A stretch of 42,697 nucleotides of DNA from Dicyema japonicum (Eukaryota > Animalia > Dicyemida). The position numbers and the translations under genes were made by a program. Numbering within the stretch: position 1 is the stretch's first letter; every line of letters begins with the position of its first letter. Under the pieces are notes generated by a model. It did no database searches. It saw nothing but the letters and a program-made list of their open reading frames with translations, and was not told the DNA's origin. Below, piece by piece: positions 23,853-36,619 of this stretch. The DNA lies in NCBI GenBank assembly GCA_011109175.1, contig RDEW01000023.1, forward strand, positions 657,898 to 700,594, given 5' to 3'.

Positions 23853-24829
23853 CTGCTAGTCACGAAGGAAGCTTTATTTCTACATTCTACCTAACATAGT
23901 TTCACTAGTGATCATGCAATTATTTTCCAAAGTGTTGTTAAAACAGAAGTGGCTATTTTTTATTCTAACTTTATTTGAGGTTACTAATCTTTCTAAACTT
24001 TTCTCTATTAAAATAGCAAAAACCATGTTCATGCCTCAAATAATGCAAGTTTCCAAATAAAAAAGGGAGAAACCTTAGGTTTAGAGAAGAATCGGCTTGT
24101 GGAAAAATAACCCTAGGGATGACTTTATTGTACCAAAATGAACCCACTAGTAGCAACATTGTATTTGAAGGGGAGGCCATGATGCGTACAACATGGAAAA
24201 AATCAAATCATTTTAAAATACTTCTATGACGCGTGCTACTAGGGGAAACATGAAAATCTTCGTTCTCATAAATTGTCAGTCCCGACATTGTAGACGAACT
24301 TTGTGCTAATTCATGACATTCAAGTAGGTGATTTGTTATCAACACGTAGAGGTTCTTTGCAGTCGCTTATGAGTTGAATGCGTTCTGGGCCTGTTGGAAC
24401 TGATTTTGGCTGATGATTGTTTAGAATTTCTACTGACAAAGCGAATTTGGGTTGATTGATGGGAAACATATGTTATTCGATTTCCTATGAAGTCTGTTTC
24501 ATGTTGCTTCCTCGCTGTTATGATTTTTGTCGAGTCTTCATACAATGTCAAAAAGATGTAAAAGGGCAGCCAAGAGACCACGTTAGTGGGTTCTTGGTTT
24601 TGGCATTTTATATTATTGCTAAAATGTGATTTGGAGATTAATTCGACGATATGAGTCACAAAAGCCAAAACCTCTAATACCCGATGAAAATGAATATTGT
24701 CTACGGTCGGTTGATAGCGAAACGCCTTATGATTTCTGCCGAAAAGTCGATATGTACTTTATTCACCTCAGACCGGTAACAAGGCCTCTCTCACTTTTTG
24801 AATTAATGTAATACAGACTGTTGAATTTC

Positions 24830-25300
24830 AACTCCCATGCGAAACAAATCTTCACCAAAGGCAACCAGAAGAATAATTCCTCCGCGTCTGTAAGGAAGAT
24901 AGAAACCCAGTTCGCCTGCCTACATCAAAGGCAAAAAACTGATTTGTACAAACTTCCTATACTCCAATCCGATTCCTCTGCATGAATGAGAAAAGGCTCT
25001 TTCATACAGTAGTAGAGACGATGGAAGACGACAGGGTTAGGATCGTTCAGTTGATTACGGGAACTGCGTTCACCAAAATATACTTTCGTGTTTTAAAACT
25101 ATTCTATAATGGCCAGACATCTCAACGTAGATATGCTGGAAAACTAACGGGTTTACAATGCCGTGGATTCCTTGTTCTTGCAGAACCGGAGTAACCCACA
25201 GCCATTCCTTCGTATTGACGGCTACGACAGTGGAGTTACAAGAGTAGAATCTGTTTGACTCAGTATAAAAGCTTAGTCCTTTCCTGTAAAGAGGTAATTT
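24830..25300 (+). mobile_element. Highly degenerate RTE-like RT fragment
   Basis: KIYFRVLKLFYNGQTSQRRYAGKLT resembles the RTE P..F..L..LY..Q...VR..G.LT segment. Confidence 0.35.
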
Positions 25301-26790
25301 TGTCCAGGGACGACGCTAAGATTACGTACTTACATAAAGCAAAGGGATCTTAGAATATGATTTTTCACATATGTTAGCATATTGTCATGCGGTCCTCCTA
25401 ATTTTGGGGCACCCGGTGCCAATGGGCATGAAGAAAAACTATTCTCTTTGGCAAACAATTTTTGGATGTCAGCCGAAAATTGGATTGAAAAATTTTTCAA
25501 AAAAGGATTGATTCTTAAGGTCACTCCAAGTTAACAAAATATTTTTTTCTAATAAACAAGACGTCAGAATTTTGGATTGGGCACCTCAATTGCCGGATTT
25601 AAAACCAACTGTATTCTAAAAAGGAATTGAAAAAAAATCCATGCAAAAATCTTATTGAAGTGAACAGCAAAATTATAGACTATTGGTAAAAGAAATTGGG
25701 AACAATTGTCCGCAAATTGTCTTCTATTCTTTTAAATTTGTCTGGACGTCCTCAAAGTGGACGAGAGAGTGAGAAAGCGTATATGCAGACACTCATGCTG
25801 TGAAATCTTTAGAGAGCATAGAAGTTAAGCCGAGAAACAGAGTATTGATTTAGATGTGCCTCAGCGAATATCTACGGAAAAACTTGATCAAGGCATCTTT
25901 CTTTAGGACCGATCGGTATTCCTCTGCATAAGCAATTTTTAATTTAAGTGAGTTTCCTGCTTCTTCGCAGAAACCACTGAAAAACACGTGGATGTCTATC
26001 TAATTGTTTCCGTATCACAGTAACTTAAAATGCGAATATAAACAATCACAGCAATAATAGTAAAAATTGTGACAGTTTTGATTTAACTTCCGTAGTCATG
26101 CCTCCCCTTACTTTATTCTCAACTTCCATAGTTTAATCGATCCTTCAACGTCTAAAGTAGCTACTTGATCTCTAATTTTTATTACAATTAAAAAACAAAT
26201 ATGAGGACACCTTGACGAATGAAATGGGACGTCTTTGCGTAAGAGTTTCGCAAGAATCAGGAAAGCTTTCTCCAAATGAGAAAAGTACAACTTAAGCGCG
26301 GTATGCTAAAAATGCTAAAATATGGTTAAATGGTAGCAATCTCTCTCAAGTCGACAAGTTAGACAGGGTCAAAGTGCCTTAAATACTGTAAAATTATTTT
26401 ATGGAGGTTACATAATCTAACTTGACCACGTGAACAGGTTGAAACGAAAAATGGATTAATTCTACAATGGAGTTACGATGTGATTCGAATTTTTACTTTT
26501 GTCTATCTTCCAATTTTCTCTAAAATTGATAAATATCTCAACTATCAATGGAAGATTTGAAATCCCAGCTTATCCTCATTATGTCACCAAATGAGGTCCT
26601 ACACAACAGTTCATCATCAAAATAGATCATGCGTGTGAGATCGCAGTTTATGTACTGTCCAATATCAATTCTATAAAATTTTTACTAAAATGGGAAATTT
26701 AGATAAAAAAGTTAATTCTCAGTCAAGTCGACAGCCCATAAAATGATGATTAAATCTTCATTAAGTCACCTAACGTGAATTTAACAAATA

Positions 26791-27106
26791 CAGTAAACTT
26801 GAGATTCTCTTTTTATTGCATCTCGTCTGACATGAAGTTATTTATTGGTTTATTTATAACTCAATATTTCCACTTTTTGAGCAATTGAAAGTCTAGTGTA
26901 GGCTCCAACAGGAACATTCCGACCAATGCTTGTTTTAAATTATTTAAATTATTAAAAATATTTAAAAAAAATAAAAATAATTTTTAAAAATGTTGGAAAA
27001 TTTCAGAATTGGCAAATATCATTGAAAAATATTTAAAAAATCGATAAAAAATAGCAAATTTCAGAATTGGCAAATTTAAGAGTGGCATATTTGAGAGAGT
27101 TTACTA
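26791..27106. mobile_element. Possible pogo/Tigger-type MITE
   Basis: TA|CAGTAAACT ... AGTTTACTA|TA ends, with internal AAATTTCAGAATTGGCAAAT direct repeats near the right end. Confidence 0.35.
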
Positions 27107-27699
27107 TACTAAAATTTTACCACATGGACTTCTCATAGCCAAAAATATCAATTACAAATTTAAAATGGCCCTGTGATTCGCATAAAGCTGTGGTCGCATG
27201 AATTGTAGAATTTTCTTCGAGCAAAGAGCAGATTACAACTTCGCTTAATATCGATTCAAATGATATTTCTACCAGAATAGCATAGCAGCAAAAGATCCGT
27301 TATTTACCCTGTGATTCGCATAAAGCTGTGGTCGCATGAATTGTAGAATTTTCTTCGAGCAAAGAGCAGATTACAACTTCGCCTAATATCGATTCAAATG
27401 ATATTTCTACCAGAATAGCATAGCAGCGAGAGATCCGTTATTTACATAAAATGTTGAGGTAGATCCACAAGAATTCAGATTTAGACAATGTTGACACTAA
27501 TTAGTTAAGGGTTTGTATTCTGTCGCCACATTCCAAACTCTGACTTTACTTTTATAAGTGCAAAATTCTTCATAAAACGGTTCGCAGACTCTATCCACTA
27601 AAAATCACAAAATTACGTTGCTGCTATCAGGAAGCCTGAAGTGCTTTTCACAAAACGTCGAAAACGTAATTATTAAGTGTGAGAAAGGGTAACCTTCTG

Positions 27700-28127
27700 A
27701 AGCCTTTCAGGATTGTGGAGGATCGGAACCCATCTAGTCATAAATTCAATCCACAAACAGTACATAGAACAATATTCTAAAAGTCTCCAAATTTTTAACA
27801 TTACTAATTAAGAAATTATGGCTTAATTACACTTTATTAAATTAGCTGGGGAGTAAATTATATAGTAATTTATGCTTTGACTTTTGGCCAGTCTTTCAGT
27901 TTGAAGTAAATATNAGCCTTTCAGGATTGTGGAGGATCGGAACCCATCTAGTCATAAATTCAATCCACAAACAGTACATAGAACCATATCCTAGAAGTCT
28001 CCAAATTTTTAACATTACTAATTAAGAAATTATGGCTTAATTACACCTTATTAAATTGGCTGGGGAGTAAATTATATAGTAATTTATGCTTTGATCTTTG
28101 GCCAGTCTTTCAGTTTGAAGTAAATAT
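27700..28127. repeat. Near-identical tandem duplication (215-bp period) across a single N
   Basis: 27700-27913 vs 27915-28127, with a few SNPs. Confidence 0.9.
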
Positions 28128-28233
28128 GCTATCCTGAGACTGATTTCATTAGGCGGGTGAATCATTATGTTTTCAATCCGTGTTTGTCGGGTTAGAATTT
28201 TGATGAAACTTCCTGAATCCTCCTGAATCCTGA

Positions 28234-28277
28234 AAATTTCCTATTTATCCTTGTTTGATAGGATAAATAGGAAATTT
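28234..28277. repeat. Perfect 18-bp inverted repeat with 8-nt loop
   Basis: AAATTTCCTATTTATCCT-tgtttgat-AGGATAAATAGGAAATTT. Confidence 0.9.
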
Positions 28278-28379
28278 CATATGTCTTCCTTGACAAAAAA
28301 CAATCCTATGCGAANTATTGTTGTTATTTTTTTAATTGTTTGATAGGATAAATAGGAAATTTTATATGTCTTCCTTGAA

Positions 28380-29570
28380 AAAACAACTCTATGCGAATCG
28401 CTGGACAGATTACAGCTTCTTGACACACTCAGCACTATTCCTTATGAAAAAAAGTCTTAACATTCAGAGAATCGCCTATTTACTCAGGACAGCCCCGTAT
28501 TATTCCCACTTGGAGCAGCTTGAGCACTTTGATTTGTTTTTCCTCAGCTCGACGGAGCAAATATTTAATGTCAAATTTGACTATGCTACATGGAAGCAAG
28601 CTAAACTCCCAGTTAGATTTGGGGGTCTTGGAATCCGTCGTACTTGGACGTCTACTTCCTGCACATCTGTCTTTACTCACGGTTTGCGAATCTTTGGTCA
28701 GGGTGATTCTACACTCCCTTCCCGAATTCTCAATTGACCAAGACATAATCAACGCACGAGAAGCCTGGAATGCCACCAACCTCCCCCTGCCTCCTACACA
28801 AGACTGCCAGCGAATCCTGGACAATTTATTGTGCTGGAAATCATTTGGACTCCTACTGGAATCGGCCAATCAGCACCGACGCGCTTGTTTGCTTTCTCGG
28901 CTTCCCCTGAGAGCGGAGATTGGCTAAACGCCATCCCAAATGTAGCTCTGGGAACTTTTCTGATAATGAATGCGCTAGAAGTGGTATCTCTCTGCGGCGG
29001 GGACTGAAAATATGTGTACCTCACCCGTGCCGATGTGGTGTCCTGATAGACTGCTATGACCTGCACCTTCTTGCCTGCAAGAGGAGCCCTGGAAGATCTC
29101 CAAGGCACAAGGATCTAAATGAAATTGTCAATCGGGCTATGGATTTTGATGGATACTCGGCCATTCTTGAACCAGTAGGGTTATGCAGAACCGACGGGAA
29201 ACGACCGGACGGGATGACCATATTTCCTTTTGGAGCCGGAAAACCACTTGTTTGGGACGTGATATGTACAGACACGTTCGTTCCGAACAATCTTTACGAT
29301 TGCGATTCAAAGGCCTGCTCTGCAGCCGTCAAGGAGGAGAAGGCCAAACTCGAAAAATACGGCGACCATCCCAATAATGTCCAATTTGTTCTCCTTGCTA
29401 TGGAAACTTCCGGATCCTACTCCCCCTCTACAATAGAGTTTTTCGGACGTCTTGGAAACCGGATCACCTCATGCACTGGAAATCTCCGCGAACGCCGCTG
29501 GCTGTTTGAGCGAATTTCGCTCGCAATTCTGAGAGGGAACAGCCACGCAGTGAGGGCGGCAGCTAACTAA
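28380..29570 (+). mobile_element. 5'-truncated CRE-clade non-LTR retrotransposon (post-RT region, CCHC zinc knuckle, restriction-like endonuclease)
   Basis: Frameshifted ORFs read YLLRTAP..WKQAKLPVRFGGLGIR, then CRCGVLIDCYDLHLLAC (CCHC), RHKDLNEIV, EPVGL, KRPDG, LVWDV and ERISLAILRGN. This is the RH / E / RPD / D arrangement of the RLE domain. Confidence 0.9.
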
Positions 29571-30659
29571 TGTTTTGACATTAATCATTTTATTAATAAC
29601 ATTAAAAAATTATATTAAAATCATCAAGGAAAAACGAAATTTTTAATTTTGTCTAAAAACGTGATTTGTGTTGCAAAGGACAAAAAAGCGACCTTGGCAC
29701 TTTCCCCCCTTTACGGAGAAAAACAAATTTTATTTTTTTTGTAAAAACGTGATTGTCGTGCATTGGTTACAGGTGTTGTATAATATCCACTAAGCGCTTT
29801 TAGTATCTTCTAAACAATTATAAAAATAATAAGTTTTTTAATTATAAAAATTTTGACTTGAACACGGCGACAGATGAATTTAATAACGTTGGACTTTTAT
29901 AATAAAATGTTTTGACACAAGACTTCATACAACTCCTTTTGGAAGAATTCAAAACGGATCAAAAAACACCCTGAAGAAGAGGACGTTTATCTTCCCTAAC
30001 CATAAATAACATAGTAAAAACTCCCTAATAACTTATCAACCACTATGTATTGATAAGTTACAAAAACCGCCAAAAATCATATAGGATCAACACCCCCAAT
30101 TACCGACTAATGCCAGTTCTCAATATTACTTTGTTCAATCACGCCAGAACTGTAATTGACTACTCCTTTGCATATTGTGTTCAACCGAACTGGGAATATA
30201 TAAAAATTAAAAATAGTCATGGATATTGACATTGTAAAATCTTTAAGAGTAATTTTACCAGGCGCAAGTTATTCTATTTTACAGAATTAAATAAAACTCA
30301 CAATATTCCAGTTTTCAACGCGGAGCCTAAAAGTCTAGACTGGGAGTAGGTGTCGCTGCAGTACTCATCCTAAATCAATAAAAAGATTCTGATAATCGTC
30401 TGCAATGTTTTTTGTGTTTTATTGTTGAGATTTTATTTGGCTAAGAATATTCACGAGTTTTCTTATTTGTTCTCTGTGAAATCATCCGAATTGTTACATA
30501 TCTTTCTTTGATGTTCCCCGGGTACATGCGTTGAAAATGAGAACTGGTAGGCTTCCGTTATAAACGGAATAAAAATTTTATAGATTTAAGCAAACTCCCC
30601 TATCGTTAAATAAAAGTCAGATAAGGTTAATGATGATTACATTTAGTTAATGGCCAACA

Positions 30660-31028
30660 TCAGTAAACATTTTTCGAGTTGTTTTTCGAAGTAGCCTTTT
30701 TCACAGTTCCGATTAGTTTATCGACATAAAAAAGTAATTTAAATGAAAATGAGAACTCCATTATAGTATGCAGACATTGAGCACGGCATGGAATTTTAAG
30801 AGCAATTGGGCCTTTCCGAGCTCTCTCTTCAGCAATACTGCAAGCTACTGAATCAAATTGATAAAATTTAAGTGCTACGGCCAAGCACGCCTTATCTCTT
30901 AAAGAAGATCGGCTGGTTCCTAAATTCTTAGGTTCATTGAATGATCGAATAGAACCCAAATGTATGGAAATCAATTCGAAGACCTTAAAAAAATTCCTAT
31001 CCACTGTTAATGAATGTAACTCAGCCAT
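30660..31028 (-). pseudogene. 122-aa ORF, possible gene remnant with Cys/His motif KIPCRAQCLH
   Basis: The frame is long for this AT content. The motif resembles part of an SP-RING finger, but the other ligands are not visible. Confidence 0.25.
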
Positions 31029-31624
31029 ATTTTGATTTTATTGTTCTTTCTCAATAATCATACACGGCTGCTTTATTACTATTTAGTAAACCAATAACAC
31101 ATCAAAGTTTTTAAAACGTTGATTTTTTTCCTATTTTAGAACAAGTTAAAGTTATTATTACCAACATATAATCATATGTTATAATTATACACGTGCATGG
31201 ATGACTTCATAATTGATTCAGACTCCTTCGATCACCAAAGTTGTTCTGACAATAGTTGAGCTCATTTCCTGATTCTTTCGTTTTTGAAGTCACGTTTTGT
31301 TTGCTTAGAGTTGACTTGAGTCTTTACCAGTGCGTTAATGTCTTTTCAGACATTGGTTTTAATTTACTTGTTAGACTTCTTGTCGATGATTTGTCAACAA
31401 ATTTATTATGATTAACATTTTTCAGGTCAAAAAATGTTTTTTTAGCTATGGTGTTTAGTCACTTCGATACAAGACAATTTTCAACTGTAGCTTGTGGGAA
31501 AGTCAGTTTAAGATTAGGTAATGATGCTATCATATTTGTTATTTTTGAGAATTACAAGGTTTTCCGTGTTAAAATTAGGTTTCCTGTACCAGAATAGATG
31601 ATCCGCATCCATAACAGCACATTA

Positions 31625-31885
31625 AAAGAGAGCCATTTAAGTAAAGAACAGTTATGATAACTAATCGTAAAGGGAAAACCAAAAAATGCTCTCACTTTTT
31701 TTTTCATTTTGTTGTGTGTATGTTTTTTTATAAACGACCCGTTCCGCAGTGATATGTTCACTGATTACGGCGTCATTCGTCATGCCAAAGCATCGTAGAA
31801 ACGTGGAACCTTCGACCTCAATATACAGAAGCGAGATTTGAACTAGGGACCATCAGTTCTCGTTGGACAGCGCTATGATCCGCAT
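31625..31885 (-). mobile_element. SINE family copy with tRNA-like head
   Basis: B box AGTTCAAATCTCGC, GAAGGTTCCACG, core TGACGAATGACGCCGTAATCAGTG and AACTGTTCTTTACTTAAAT, all colinear with 2479-2806. Confidence 0.7.
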
Positions 31886-32049
31886 TTAGCTTTGATAATT
31901 TTGTATTTCCTTTTTTTGACAAAAAACGATAAATACTCGGTAAAAATCACAATTGTAATTTCTTTCAATATTCATCGGTACTAAGATTTCAAAATATTAC
32001 GCGGAGAATGGGAAATTATTATTAGTCTTCTTGTAGCAGATCTCAGAGA

Positions 32050-34593
32050 GTAGTGATCACTCCTCCTGGCCTGAAGGCATATTCTCAGATGGTTGTGTAG
32101 TCTTGAAATTTAAGGGAAAGTGACAACTTTGACACATATAAGCAAAGCTTCTGCAGAGGATTTATAACTTGATATTCAGCTTTATGAAAGATAGGAATTT
32201 GTGTGGGTTTAATTTCCACGGAAATTACTGATTGAATATATGCTTTATATCACACAAACTAACATTTGATTAACCAACTATGAGTCAAATTCATCGTATT
32301 CTCTTCTTAATTCCTTTGAATATAAGCTCATTGTGTATTTATCAAGAACAGAGTTACTTTTAGCAATATCCTGCAACCTCATTTATGCCTGTGTAGTTTA
32401 ATAGCATCGATATCTAAAATGTCCTCACTCTGAATATAAAAATAATAAATACTTCTATGTGAGCCATATTCTCTAAGATTCCCAAGCAGTGGTTATTATT
32501 TCAGGGGGAAGGCTGATCATTGAAGTCAAAGTAATGCCTAATAAGTGCAACCGTAATCAGTCGATATACTCTTCCCCTTTTCAAGAGATCTCTTAAATAC
32601 AAGAGAAGGTATTCAATTCATTGTGAGGTCACAAAGTGATAGCTTTAATAATAAACAGAGTAACTTTTTAACACAAAAATTGATAACTTCCAAAATACAA
32701 TATTAGTAGCTATTGACACAATCGACTAAATTATTGAAAGTAATACCCCTAATTTACAACCTCTTCTAATATAAAATACAAATGGCCGCTCCAGCCATCT
32801 GGTCACTAGCTGCAATAAAAAAGTGAGTACATCAGAATAATTTATCAATAAAGACATACGAGTTAATTCCACATGACCTAAGTAATCCTGACATTTGTTG
32901 CATCTAAATTATTATTATATAAACAACTGTTTCTAATGCGGAAAGTGACGTTCCAGTCTCTAATTGATCACAATGTAACAAAATTTGATTAGCAAATTTG
33001 AAGCATGCATAATCTGCGGAAACAAACGACCCAAGTTGTGTCATTATTGGTAGAAGGCCACGTGTCTTAAATAAGTTGTTTTCCATTTGATTAGCAAATT
33101 TGAAGCATGCATAATCTGCGGAAACAAACGACCCAAGTTGTGTCATTATTGGTAGAAGGCCACGTGTCTTAAATAAGTTGTTTTCCGCTCCTTTCTGACA
33201 CAATCATTACCATGTTCAATCCTACTTTAATGTGGATTCGGATACTCTCGGTGATGTACTATATATGATTGATTAACAAAAAATATGATCGGGGACAAAA
33301 TTAGAATCGATTCTGTAGAGAATTGGATGTCTTATATTCCTCAATACAGTGGAAGATGATAATTCAGGACGAACTATATGTATACAGTACTAATCATAGT
33401 CCGAAAGGGTGCAAACCTGGGAGGGGAAATATGACAAATCCAATTTAGCAATAGACTCTTCCAATAAGTATAGACACCCAATCTGAGTACGAAATAGCTA
33501 CAACATAAGGGAGTAAAACACTTATTAAACAAACTACTTGATTGTTTGTATATTTCATTAAGGGATTCTCTCAGCCGAATTATGCTATAGTTAACAAACA
33601 ACCATTCCATTTAATCTATAATAATATAACATACAACCATTTCGACTGTAGAACAAGTTATACTGCTTTTGTGCGCACATACTTTGACGAAGACTGGGGG
33701 AAAGGATTTTTTTTTAGTGGCAGTAAAGTGAATGTAGTAACAGTGTGCTTCATTGTACATTAGTTTGTATTCTGGAAGGTCATACTGACTAATTATAAGA
33801 CGAGTATATTCTGTGTGATTCAATCGAGTACCTTAGATATCCTCTGAGACTTGACTCTGCCTTTGAAAGATGTATTAGTTCTTTGCTTTTTTAAGACACT
33901 CTTCCAGTCGAAGAAGGAAAGTCGGCGATATTCTCAGGTTTTTTAAACCAGGGAAAATTGACTCTGCAGTTTTAACCTACATGAGAGTGAAGGTTGACTA
34001 GATCCTGACGAGAACAGCAAGTCACAATTGTGGATATGATTTGTTCGATATGCTTAAATTTGGGTAATGATCGTTGGAGGAAAGAATAGATCCTGATTGT
34101 TTGTAAGTTCCTCCACAGAATCCTGTCGTTCCATGCTGTCCAGTAATCTATGTGAGTAAGAATACTAGAGAATGAGAGCTGAAGTATATTGTACACAGTA
34201 ATCAGAACCCAGACTTTGTTCTGGTGTAGTTGAAAACGGAAAACAAAGTCGAGTTCTTTTTCCCGTCTTTGAGACAGCATAGAAATTTGAATGAGAGTGA
34301 GAATGGAACACTCTTTAGGCTCAGTTGAGGCAATTCCAACTTCAACACTTGGCAGATTTCCTCCTTCGCTTATTTCTAATAAAATTTAAGTTTATAAAGT
34401 ACCTAAAATTGATTTTGTGGTATGTTCGGTTATGGTTGGCTTTTTACTCAATGTTGACTGGTCTGTTCTGTTCATAAAAACCTTATATGCTTTAACTTTC
34501 TCATTTGAATGAATTAAAGTTGGAAAGTAATGTCGGATTGGGGGTTAATAATTCATTAAAATCTAATTGAAAGCCCACATTACCGTATTCCAT
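32050..34593 (-). pseudogene. Decayed multi-exon host gene of unknown function
   Basis: Several 60-100 aa open stretches on the minus strand are separated by AT-rich GT-AG micro-intron-like segments (about 34375-34401, 33616-33634, 32904-32924, 32430-32452). In-frame stops and frameshifts persist after splicing. Confidence 0.4.
32983..33186. repeat. 102-bp tandem duplication
   Basis: It produces the repeated 34-aa block in ORF 32904-33203. Confidence 0.9.
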
Positions 34594-34689
34594 TTAAAAA
34601 TATTTCCCTCCTAAAATATAATAATTTATTTAAAAATAAGTTTAATCTTAAAAAGAAATTTTGTTTATTTAGTAGCCCGTAGTCTTTTC

Positions 34690-35233
34690 AATTGAGGAAA
34701 CCGGTGCATAACAGGAATGTTCTACCAAGGGCGGACGCTCCCAAATATTCGTTAGTAGTATTTAGTGTAGCGCAGAACTACGTTGTATTAGTGAGATGTG
34801 CAAGGGAAAGGGCAGGGTAAATGATGCGTAGAACGAGTTTTTCCAGGAGCCACACTTGCCGAAGCATCCCAACTTAACACCCTAGCTGCGAAGAATTTGT
34901 CCATGTTTGGGAGTCCATATCAATGTGAACAACTGTTATCTGTAATGAACATAAACAAAACAAAATTTCGCTAAATGCTCAAACACTAATCTAAGCGAAA
35001 TTCTAAGATTGACGGTAACTCAGGACTTTACAGTAGATATTGACGCCATTATGAAGAAAAAAACATGACAAGTTTTAGGAATATATATTAAATACAAAAA
35101 TTAATATATTCGTTGTTAAATCTGTTTAAATTATAAAAATTCAAAATATTATAAAAATCATAGAATGAATCAAATATCCTGTTAAATCAAATTTTTAATC
35201 CGGCCAGGAGAAAAAATGAGTTTGACATTCCTG
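34690..35233 (+). mobile_element. hAT (Charlie/GTF2IRD2-like) transposase C-terminus with right TIR
   Basis: AAKNLSMFGSPYQCEQLLSVMNINKTKFR..LSEILRL..DIDAIMKKK is the hAT dimerisation domain. It ends in GAGTTTGACATTCCTG followed by ATGTAGAC, which resembles an nTCTAGAn target. Confidence 0.8.
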
Positions 35234-36115
35234 ATGTAGACAGTTCTTGATCAAACTAGAAGAGATCGGGCAATGGTGTTTTCTCCTAGCTGTCAAGTGA
35301 TATTTAAATTCATTAAATATGGGTAAACATTTCTCAGTCTCACTAAAATAACTCATATCCTAGAATAACTCAACGTTAGTGGACATACGAATTCTGTCTG
35401 ATTTGCCTCAAACGAAATAGTCATTAATGAATTACTGGTTCTACAAACAAATTAAATTCGTAGTTGGATTTTTTAACAGTTATTCAAAGTGCCATTCGAA
35501 AAAACATTGTTCCCGATAAACATAAGGTCTAAAAGTTTTACGGTTTATTTCCCAGCTCATGGAGAAAAACATTGACGATTCATCAATAAATATTTTAGAC
35601 GGCAGAATTAGATCTCTCCATAATATTCAGCCTTATAGTATACAGAAACACATTTTTCATTTACAAAACGAGAAATAGTGTTTATAGAATAATTCTGCGC
35701 TTTTATGTAGCAAAATGAAAAATTATAATATTGGTGATTTCCAAAGTCATTTAAGCAAAAGAATAATTCATCTTAATTTCAGTTCAAATTTGTTGAAATA
35801 GGGCATCATCAATGTTGTCGACGATCCTCTCAATGGAAATTTTATAATTTTCTCTCTTCTGTAGGATGCTCATATCTGTTCTAAAATCGAACAGTTCATG
35901 ATGAACTAGGAAGAACCATTTACAACAACCAGGAACGCACAGATACGATAGCTGATCACTTCGATAAAATACTTCAATTTTGAAAACGAAGAAGCGCTTT
36001 ATCCAATTGAGATAACTGTCCCTAACAGATACCTAAGAATTCTGTAATACTTCAAATATAGTCCATTTCCTCGTCGAAAATACATTTTAGAGAGTTTCTT
36101 TTGCTGAAATACGTC

Positions 36116-36451
36116 AAGTGGTCTCATGTTTCATGCTGGGTTTAAATTGTGGCAAGTTTAATTTAATTTTTCTTGAGATGATCGCACTAGACGCATTTGT
36201 TAATTTCATTTATTTATAAAAAAACAATTAAAATTTATGAATATATCTATGAATTATTAAAATTTATAGATATATTTTAAAATAAGTGGTCTCATGTTTC
36301 ATGCTGGGTTTAAATTGTGGCAAGTTTAATTTAATTTTTCTTGAGATGATCGCACTAGACGCATTTGTTAATTTCATTTATTTATAAAAAAACAATTAAA
36401 ATTTATGAATATATCTATGAATTATTAAAATTTATAGATATATTTTAAAAT
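36116..36451. repeat. 168-bp tandem duplication, unrelated in sequence to the satellite
   Basis: 36116-36283 vs 36284-36451, identical by eye. Confidence 0.9.
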
Positions 36452-36477
36452 CCAATAACGAAAATCAAGAATAACGT

Positions 36478-36618
36478 CTTTTCAACCTATTTCTACATGA
36501 CCTTCCTACTACCAATGACCAAAACACTATGTTTTTGTCCTATGCGGACGACCTAATTATCGCTGCAAGAAATAAATCTCCTTCCATAACTGTAGCAACT
36601 GTTCAGACACACCTGCTA
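36478..36618 (+). mobile_element. Non-LTR RT core fragment (jockey/I-like)
   Basis: Open frame LFNLFLHDLPTTNDQNTMFLSYADDLIIAARNKSPSITVATVQTHL, ending at the single N at 36619. Confidence 0.8.
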
Positions 36619-36619
36619 N

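Noticed and set aside
28480-29377. Antisense and alternate-frame ORFs overlapping the CRE element
   Set aside because: They are shadow frames of a relatively GC-rich retroelement ORF.
30740-30820. PIAS/ZMIZ SP-RING assignment
   Set aside because: Only IPCRAxCxH matches. The upstream CP and the downstream CFD and CPxC ligands are not seen.
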